From Eledone cirrhosa (Eukaryota): 64,000 bases of DNA. The DNA lies in assembly GCA_964016885.1 (NCBI GenBank), contig OZ024743.1:307086001-307150000 (forward strand). Direction: 5' to 3'. Shown here one piece after another: positions 53,626-64,000 of this stretch (the stretch's first letter is position 1; every line of letters begins with the position of its first letter). Both the position numbers and the translations under genes were made by a program. The notes under the pieces are model-generated. The model was given only the letters and a program-made list of their open reading frames with translations. It was not told where the DNA came from and made no database searches.

Positions 53626-54973
53626 TTTACTGGTTTCTGTCATTAGACTGTGGCCATGCTGGGGCACTGCCTTCTGTCACTGGTGTCTGTCATTAGACTG
53701 TAGCCATGCTGGGGCACTGCATTCTTTTACTGGTTTCTGTCATTAGACTGTGGCCATGCTGGGGCACTGCCTTCTGTCACTGGTGTCTGTCATTAGACTG
53801 TAGCCATGCTGGGGCACTGCATTCTTTTACTGGTTTCTGTCATTAGACTGTGGCCATGCTGGGGCACTGCCTTCTGTCACTGGTGTCTGTCATTAGACTG
53901 TGGCCATGCTGGGGCACTGCCTTCTGTCACTGGTGTCTGTCATTAGACTGTAGCCATGCTGGGGCACTGCATTCTTTTACTGGTTTCTGTCATTAGACTG
54001 TAGCCATGCTGGGGTACTGCCTTCTGTCACTGGTGTCTGTCATTAGACTGTAGCCATGCTGGGGCACTGCATTCTTTTACTGGTTTCTGTCATTAGACTG
54101 TGGCCATGCTGGGGCACTGCCTTCTGTCACTGGTGTCTGTCATTAGACTGTGGCCATGCTGGGGCACTGCCTTCTGTCACTGGTGTCTGTCATTAGACTG
54201 TAGCCATGCTGGGGCACTGCATTCTTTTACTGGTTTCTGTCATTAGACTGTAGCCATGCTGGGGTACTGCCTTCTGTCACTGGTGTCTGTCATTAGACTG
54301 TAGCCATGCTGGGGCACTGCATTCTTTTACTGGTTTCTGTCATTAGACTGTGGCCATGCTGGGGCACTGCCTTCTGTCACTGGTGTCTGTCATTAGACTG
54401 TAGCCATGCTGGGGCACTGCATTCTTTTACTGGTTTCTGTCATTAGACTGTGGCCATGCTGGGGCACTGCCTTCTGTCACTGGTGTCTGTCATTAGACTG
54501 TAGCCATGCTGGGGCACTGCATTCTTTTACTGGTTTCTGTCATTAGACTGTGGCCATGCTAGGGCACTGCCTTCTGTCACTGGTGTCTGTCATTAGACTG
54601 TAGCCATGCTGGGGCACTGCATTCTTTTACTGGTTTCTGTCATTAGACTGTAGCCATGCTGGGGTACTGCCTTCTGTCACTGGTGTCTGTCATTAGACTG
54701 TAGCCATGCTGGGGCACTGCATTCTTTTACTGGTTTCTGTCATTAGACTGTGGCCATGCTGGGGCACTGCCTTCTGTCACTGGTGTCTGTCATTAGACTG
54801 TAGCCATGCTGGGGCACTGCATTCTTTTACTGGTTTCTGTCATTAGACTGTAGCCATGCTGGGGTACCGCATTTTTTTACTGGCTTCTGTCATTAGACTG
54901 TGGCCATACTGGGACACTGCTTTTTGTCACTGGTTTCTGTCATTAGACTGTGGGCAAGCTGGGGCACTGCCTT
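53626..54973. repeat. 50-bp minisatellite, 27 units, alternating A/B variants
   Basis: TGGT(T/G)TCTGTCATTAGACTGT(G/A)GCCATGCTGGGGCACTGC.. recurs exactly every 50 bp from 53631 to 54931. Confidence 0.97.
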
Positions 54974-55053
54974 AAAAGGATTTTTAGTCGATCATATCAT
55001 CTTCTGAACTTAATTGTTAAGTCTGGTACATATTTTAACTCTATACCACAAAG

Positions 55054-55210
55054 TATGTTGTCCGACGCTCTACCGATTACTGCCAATCCAGCCGTCAATA
55101 ATAATTGTTTCTACTTTAGGCACAAGGCCAGCAATTACCCAGTGCATTACTGGTACTTTATTTTATCGACCCCGTAAGGATGAAAGGCAAAGTCAACCTC
55201 GGCGTATTTG
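55054..55210 (-). mobile_element. SINE fragments
   Basis: Reverse complement of SINE head (55054-55095) and tail/core (55100-55210). Confidence 0.75.
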
Positions 55211-55405
55211 GGGTGAATAATAATGGCTTCTGATTTAGGCACAAGGCCAACAATTGTATATATATATATATATATACACGCACAAATATATATTTATATG
55301 TTGTTATACTTTGGGAAGGTCAACATACCTTTTCAGATAAGAAATCTTGCAAAAGAAATATAAAAACGAAGTATATATACATATATATGTGTGTGTGTAT
55401 GTATG

Positions 55406-56016
<611 letters not shown>

Positions 56017-56217
56017 TATATATATATATATATATAATATACACATATATATATATATATAATATAAACGTTATTCACATACACATACGCACACATATAC
56101 AAAACACACACATACACACAGATTAGATAATAGAAAATAGAGGACCAATTCGATTCGATGATGTCACCCCAATCCAGTTTATTGTAACCGCAGATTATTC
56201 GAGATATATATATACAT

Positions 56218-56520
<303 letters not shown>

Positions 56521-56551
56521 ATGTGCACATCGCTATTTCAGAGCACCAATC

Positions 56552-56623
<72 letters not shown>

Positions 56624-56626
<3 letters not shown>

Positions 56627-59600
56627 TCATCATCATCATCATCATCACCGTTTTTCCATGCTAGCATGGGTTAGACGGGTTGTCCTGTTGTGGGCAGTGT
56701 CTGGTCGGCTGACCATGCCTTGCTCATACAGGAACTGATTCTGGCTCGATTTCTACAGCTGGATGCCCTTCCTAACACCAACCTCATTTACAGTGAGTGC
56801 TGGGTGCTTTTTTCTGTGGTGCCTACACGTCCACTTTACAGTGTGGGCTGGGTGCTTTTTTGCCGTGGCACCTCCACGACCACTTTGCAGTGGGAGGGTG
56901 TTGGGGCATATTGTCTATATGCTTCAGCTTGTACCCATGGAAGGTTGGGTACTCTGTATTACTGCGTGACGCCAGAGGTCACGGTCGTGTGTCATTGCTT
57001 TTGAGAAGTGTAATTGGGTAAGGTCGGCTTTTATCACTTCATCCCAGGTCTTCTTTGGTCTCCCCACTCCAAGGTTTCCATTGACTTCTAGTGCTCTGCA
57101 CCTTTTTATGCAGCTGTCATCCTTCATACGCATCACATGTCCATACCAACGCAACCGCCTCTCCTGCACACAGCATTTGATTCCTCTTATGCTCAGTCTC
57201 TCTCTCAATTAATTTATGTTTTGCCGTTCGCGTATTACATATCCATCGGAGCATGCAGGCTTCGTTTCTTTCTAATCTACGTAAGTCTTCCACCTTCAAT
57301 GCCCAGGTCTCACTACCATGTAACATTGCTGTTCGGATACACGCATCATACAGTCTGCCTTTCATTTTAAGGGAGAAGCCTTTTGCAACTAGCAGTAGTT
57401 CCCTGAACTTCTTCCATCCCGTTCTTACCCTAGTTATTGTACTTTCTGAACACCCTCCTCCACTGCTAATTCGGTCACCTACGTAGCAGAAGCTGTCTAC
57501 TGTTTCTACAGAGCCCTTCCAGAGATTGGTGGTACTTGTTTCCTGTGGCCGTTTGCTGCTTGCTGTCCCAGCACAGCTGCTACATGTGAAGCCTACATTC
57601 TTAATTAAGCTTCCTGAGATCCCGCTACATCTCTTGTGTACCCATTGTTAGCATTTGGGGCAGAGAATGGAGTTCCTACCTACACCTTTCCTACATACTG
57701 AGCAAGACCATTTCCCTGAGGGGATTTGGGTTCAGTTTTCTCGTCTATTTACAAGGACCTTAGTCTTTGTCATGTTGACTTTGAGACCCTTTCTTTCTAG
57801 TCCCTGCTTCCAAGTTTGGAATTTCTTCTCTAGTTCTACCATAGATTCAGCTATAAGTGCGAGGTCATCAGCATACAGGAGTTCCCATGGGCAGCCGGTC
57901 TTAGACTCCTCCGTTATTGCCTGCAGGACTATGATGAACAGGAGAGGGCTAAGAACAGAGCCCTGGTGGACACCAACGTGTACGCTAAATTCCTCGCTAT
58001 ACTCATTGCTAATCCTAACTTTGCTGACTGCTCCCCCATACATGGATTGTACAGCTTTCACAAGCCATTCATCTACTCCTAGTTTTCTAAGAGCCCACCA
58101 GATTATAGCATGTGGAACTCTGTCAAAGGCTTTCTCGAGATCGACGAACGCCAGGTAGGGTGGCTTACTTTTAGCTAGGTACTTTTCCTGTAACTGCCTC
58201 ACAAAGAAGAGGTGCCTCTTCCTGGTACAAACCCAAATTGCATCTCATCTAGTTTCACCCGGTCCCTAATCAACTGTGCTATAACTCTTTCTGTTACTTT
58301 CATGACCTGGTCCATCAGCTTTATACCTCTATAGTGTCCTCTATCTGGTGCATCACCTTTACCTTTGTAGCAGTTGACAATGATGCTACTGCACCAATCT
58401 TTTGGTATGACACCTTCTAGTATTACCTGGTTAACAATACGTGTGGTTATAGTGTGACCTACAGACCCAGATGCCTTCAGCATCTCGGCAGCTATACCCG
58501 ATGGACCGGTTGCCTTCCCCATCTTCATATCTTTGATTGCCTTACTTACTACGCTGCTGCTGACTAGTACTGCTGGCCCCTCTATAGGGTCTACTTGGGG
58601 TAGGGTCTCTTCTTCCCATGCATTCTCCTCATTTAGTAATCTATCATAATGGCTCTTCCACGCATCTTTCTTCTCAGCACTTGTGAGAGCAAACTCACCT
58701 TTATCATTCCGGATACACTTCTCTCCAATGACATCACAATTCTCTCTGACACACTGCTTCGCAATCTTGAACACCTCCTGTTTCTGGTCCTCACGTTGCA
58801 AAACATGCTTGAATTTTCTATACTCTGCTTCCCTCCTAGCTAAGTATACTTACTTGACGTCTAGCTTCCCTCTTGGTTTCTATGTAATGTAGCCTGCTTC
58901 CCCCGTTCTTCCATTCTTTCCATGCCTGTCTCTTGGCCTTAACTGCCTCATCTACCTTATTGTTCCACCACCAAGTCACTCTCCTCCTGCTTGTGGTCTT
59001 ACTCCAGCCACAGATCTCATCCGTCGCCTCTAGTAAGTTATTTTTTAGTAACTCCCAGTGCTCTTCTACATTGAATGTCTGTATCTGTTCTTCTTTACTG
59101 TCGTAGGCGTTGAGTAAAATATCGTTAAATCTGTTACTGGCTGAGGGGTCTTTCAGCTTCCAGATCTTTCTTCTCCAGGTTGGCCTCTGTTTCCAGGTTC
59201 GTCTAGTTCTGACCGTGAGGTCGCTGACAACTAAGCTATGTTGGGAGGTACATTCCTCACTAGGGAAGGCATCTGTCACGTCCTCTGATGAGGATAAAAT
59301 CTATCTGACTAGAATGCTCCCCTGATCTATAGGTGATCAGGTGGTTGTCGGGTTTTTTGAAGTTTGTGTTACATATCGACATGTCATTGGCGTCGCAGAA
59401 TTCTAGAAGTCTGAATCCTTCTTCATTTCTTGTGCCAACCCCATGGCCTCCATGGACTCTATTGAAGCCGTCACAGTGTTTACCTACGTGTCCGTTAAAA
59501 TCTCCTGCGATGATTAGGAAGTCATTGTCGTTTGTTAGAGCAGTAGTGTGCATTAGGGACTCGTAAAACCTATCCTTAAGTTCGTCTGGCAACCCCGATT

Positions 59601-60400
59601 GGGGTGCGTAAGCTGATATTATTGTGGTAATTGTTTTATTCAGGACTAGTCAGAGTTTAATGATTCTTGCATTTACCCTGTACACTGAGATTACTTTATC
59701 TACCCACTTGTCAGCTAGTAGTATACCTACACCACCCATCCCATCGTCATTTCCCACCCAGAAAAATTTGTAGCACTGACTTTTTCCTACAAGGACTCTA
59801 GCAGACTCTCCTCTCCATCTAGTCTCTTGCACACAGCATACATCAATTTCCTTTCGCTCTAGCATCTCTACGATTTCTCCTGCTCCTCCTTTCATTGTGC
59901 TTACACTGATGGTACGAACTCTGAGTTTTGGGCATTTGTCGACATTCGTAGGGAAGGGTCGATTTTTGCAGGGGTGTGTGTGTGCTTCCTGTCTCTGAAT
60001 TGGAGCTTCATATGGGTGCTTGGTAGCTCGCGGATTCATATTCATTTTCATCTATTAATTCAGAGTTGCTCCAATTTATTCTCAGCTCATCCATACATAA
60101 CGGTAGGAAAATTCAGGGCTAGAAGAACAGTGGTGGTGGTAATAATGGCAGTGTGTGTTGGGCTGGGACGGGGGAGGAGAGAGTTAGGTAGTAGTAAAAA
60201 TGACGGGGTTTGTTGGGGTTGGTAGTGGGGGGGGGGCATGCTGAGGTTTGATTGGTCGAATAGGCTATGGTGGTGTGAGGGGGTGGGTGGGAGGGAAATT
60301 GTGAGGTAGGTAGCCAAGTCATGGCCTGTAGCATCTGATGGCAAAATAGACAGATAGAGAGGCAGCATGGTAGAGAAAATGAGGGTAAAAAAAATAAATG
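56624..60400 (-). pseudogene. Degenerate near full-length RTE-type LINE (second family) with (ATG)n tail
   Basis: Frameshifted pieces VQETRW, AGDFNGHVG, QIDFIL, YRGIKL, FVDLEKAFD, GVHQGSVLSP, YADD, RRLRWYGHV. Confidence 0.9.
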
Positions 60401-60678
60401 TGTTGTGGAAGCTAGCGAAGTGATAAATACAGCAATAATTGTGAGCAGAACATTTGCAATTGGGGAAATAGAGGGATACCTGAAAGATTTGTATGGATGG
60501 CTGGCTGGAACGTGGTTAAGCAGCTCTAGTGATTTATTTTAGCCTTTCAGAGTCAATATATATATATCTGTGTATGTATGTATGTATGTATGTAAAAGGT
60601 AAACAGAAATAACAACACAACCGGTACAGTATATGGAAGGAATATATTAGGTTAACGATTGAAATAGCAGGAAGAGGG

Positions 60679-60714
60679 CCTTAACGTTTCGGACGCTAGT
60701 CCTTCATCAGAAGA
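60679..60714 (-). ncRNA. Minimal type I hammerhead
   Basis: UCUU-CUGAUGA-A-GGAC-UAGC-GUCC-GAAACGUU-AAGG. Confidence 0.65.
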
Positions 60715-61291
60715 AAGAATGGGAAATTAGAAAGATTGAAGCGACGGGTGGAGCGGAATCAGTAAAAAGGTCCATGCATGTTGCCATCTCTTGGAAAACT
60801 ATTGATGCTAACGTTTTGTGTATGATATATTTTCTTTAGAAAAGTGGATGATGGAGTGCATCTACCTGAAATGGAAAAAAAAAAGAAAAAAATCGTTTTA
60901 TATATAGAGCTATACGTGTGCACGTGCGTGTGCCCGTGTATGTGTGTTATTATGCGTCTGTACGAAGCTAAAAGGATGTGTGTGTGTATATATAACTAAA
61001 AGAGTGTGTGAGTGCTTGTAAGTACGAAGCTGCGAGCAAAAGTATGTTAATATAAGGGTGTGTGTGTATACAGAGCTGTGGGGGGGGGGGGGAGTAGAGG
61101 TGTGAGTGGGTATTTAGTAGGTCTGTATCAGCTGTGAGAGTATATGTTTCTGACCATAAGAGACCCATCTAGGGGTGAAAGAACAAACGCATGTGTGGTA
61201 ACTGACGGGGTAAATGTGACGAGGCAAAGGGTAGAGAAGTAAGCACGAAAGAATGTGTAATATTAAAGAAATTGGCGAGGGGAGTTGATTG

Positions 61292-61449
<158 letters not shown>

Positions 61450-62074
61450 AAACATCACGGACGCTCTATCTTAAAATTATTTTTGAAAAGCATTAGAAAT
61501 GCGCAACCGGTAAAACTTAAAACCAAAACTGAATACTAACCAATACTATTACTAATTTTCACTTATTCCTAATTAAACTATTTTTCACTGTGAACAATTT
61601 GTCAGCATTTTCTTTTCCGTTTACCAATATATATATATATATATATCGTTTCTGAATTTGTTTAGCAAGATTCTTTATCTGAAATCGTGTGTTGAAACCG
61701 ATATTGTTATACTTTGGGAGGGTCATGTTGCCAAAAATAGAATCTACACACAGAAAAGATGCAATGTTTAGACAAATTACAGAGGCAATAAACATAAAAG
61801 AATTACAACCAAAATTAAATAGAAAATATGAGTGGAACAGCAACATCACAACTTACAATTAAGGACAAAATGAAAACACACACACACATAGAACAAACAA
61901 CCAACCAATAGCATGTAAATAAATAAATAAATAAACAAATAGATAAATGAACATAAACACACACAGACACCCGGATGTGGCGCATGCGCAAACTGAGCAC
62001 ACAACACACACACAGAAACAAAATGGCGTAGGACAGAACAAAGGAGAGGCACAGAAACAAAGAAAGGAATCCCC

Positions 62075-62119
62075 AGTCACTGAAGAGGTCACAGAGTGTG
62101 TGACGAAAGGACTATGACT
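62075..62119 (+). ncRNA. Type I hammerhead in a pLTR-like unit (about 61690-62420)
   Basis: AGUCA-CUGAAGA-G-GUCAC..GUGAC-GAAA-GGAC-UA-UGACU. Confidence 0.7.
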
Positions 62120-62253
62120 ATATATAAACAACTATCTGGTTGTGGAACCAACCAACCAACCAGAAATTTATAAATTTATAAATATATAATAAATTGAAGT
62201 GAAAGCAACTGGTGCGTGTGTTTCTTATTGGCAACATGACCCTCCCAAAGTAT

Positions 62254-62314
<61 letters not shown>

Positions 62315-62879
62315 CATATATATATATATTGTTACACTTCGGGAGGATCCACATGTTTTCAGATAAGAAATTTTGTAACAGAAATAGAAAACGAAGTATA
62401 TACGTGTACACACACACTTACATACGACCTTGAAATGATGAAAAACAAAGTTGTCCTTGGTAAGATTTGAACACAGAACGCAGAAAGTCGAGACGAATAC
62501 CACAAAACATTCTATCCGATGTTATAATGAATCTGCCAATTTGGCACCTAATTTAGGGATGATATGAAAGTATTGTTCGGTTTTTAACCAATAATATCGA
62601 ACTGAAAGAAATCAGAAGTTAAATCTGGTTTCACATCAAAAAAGGTTTCACATATTCGTAGTAAGAAGAGTTCATGATTTTAAATATCTCGAATATTCTT
62701 TTGAAATTTATCCAAAAGATTGCAACACTCTGTAACTTACTCAACTATTGTGGCATATTGAGCTAGAGTCGTTTGCCACAGATTCTGGTTGAGTCCAGCA
62801 TTATGTGGCTAAACGGAAGCTAAAAGCTCATCCAATAGATTGTACATGTAATTCAAAGGATCAGGCTCTTCACAATAAC

Positions 62880-63185
62880 GTCTTTGGAGTAGCGTAGGAT
62901 GCGTAGCTTGAAGATCAGAGTCACTCCAGGTAGAGCCACTACTTATCCGAATTGAGTGACTACAGCCCCAATATTATGGACATGTGGTAAGAATCGCTGG
63001 ACAGATTTTACGGGCAAAAGCTAACGGTCGGGAACCCAGTGGTAGACCCCGAATATATCGGCTGGATAATTCCATCAGCTTGACTAATCTAGCTTGAGAA
63101 TCTAGCCGGATCAATTGGAGATGGTTGCTTCTGACAGGACCCGTTGGATGGTGTGTTTGAGGACTCTTCCCCCCACCCCCACCCC
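62880..63185 (+). mobile_element. Old RTE 3' fragment
   Basis: Similar to 7080-7360 (gttgcttctgacaggacccg shared). Confidence 0.65.
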
Positions 63186-63435
63186 AAGTATATTATATTA
63201 TATTATATTGTATTACATATAGTATTATAATTCCCGCTCTATATAACCACCTTTGTTTAGCTCTAGTTTTTTGCTTTGGATTATATTTGTAATATGGTTC
63301 AAAATGTTATCCACCTCCTTAGTGATTTTTATTATATATTTTTACCCATAATCTTCCAATACTTTAGTGTATGTACACTCCATATTCTTCGGAGTTTTCG
63401 GCTTGTATTGGCCGATAGTGCTTCTTGTGGTTTTG

Positions 63436-63480
63436 ATTGCCCTGATGAGTCCTTAATAGGACGAAACATTGTTGGCTAAT
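63436..63480 (+). ncRNA. Canonical-core type I hammerhead
   Basis: GCC-CUGAUGA-GUCCU-UAAU-AGGAC-GAAA-CAUUG-UU-GGC. Confidence 0.75.
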
Positions 63481-63623
63481 AAAGACTTTTGATGTATTGA
63501 AGGCTTCTTTGTTTTATTTTCATAATTCTTCGGCTCTGTTTAATTACATTGAGCTATACCTTTTACTGTCATTTCTATAATACGAAGAGGGTGTTTAACT
63601 CCAACACGCTCCAGTATTTTAAT

Positions 63624-63658
<35 letters not shown>

Positions 63659-64000
63659 AAGTTTTATTTAAATTGTTGGGTTACAACGAGTAAATATTTA
63701 TAACTGATATAAAAGCACTCAACAAGTATTTGGAGTATATTTACGATATTAAATAAATGGAAACTATATTTATAAAACCATATTTATTTCATTATATATA
63801 TTTCAGGGATATCATATTAAAAATATGGTATGCCTTCATCAGACAAAATACAATATAAACAGTCTTATAAATAGATAGATTTGACATACCTTACACTTCA
63901 ACTTCCATTTAAAAAGTTGATTTGGTAGTGAAAAATGTTAGGGATAGTTATAGAGAAAAAAAAAAAAAAAGAAAAGAAAGAAAGAAAGAAAACGAAGAAA

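Noticed and set aside
53626-54973. CRISPR-like regular array
   Set aside because: No unique spacers, contiguous 50-bp units, no cas genes, eukaryotic context.

Overview
Repeat-saturated, AT-rich eukaryotic intergenic or intronic DNA, most likely octopus/cephalopod (inferred from the dominant tRNA-derived SINE). I found no host gene; most entries in the ORF track are translated microsatellites. The window holds one nearly intact RTE-clade LINE (APE, RT, three C2H2 fingers), several decayed RTE, CRE-like and Tx1/L1-like elements, mariner and hAT DNA transposons, about 15 SINE copies and a 50-bp minisatellite made from a SINE tail. It also holds many Penelope-like element (PLE) remnants sitting in (TA)n tracts. 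Read by eye, the PLE remnants carry roughly 25 hammerhead ribozyme (HHR) motifs. Five of them (about 4.4, 26.8, 31.9, 50.3 and 50.9 kb, all minus strand, four distinct sequences) have a non-circularly permuted, pseudoknotted strand order (UH - GAAA - CUGANGA) with compensatory base changes in their helices. That is the strongest candidate for an unusual system here. All folds were derived by manual pairing, not computed.
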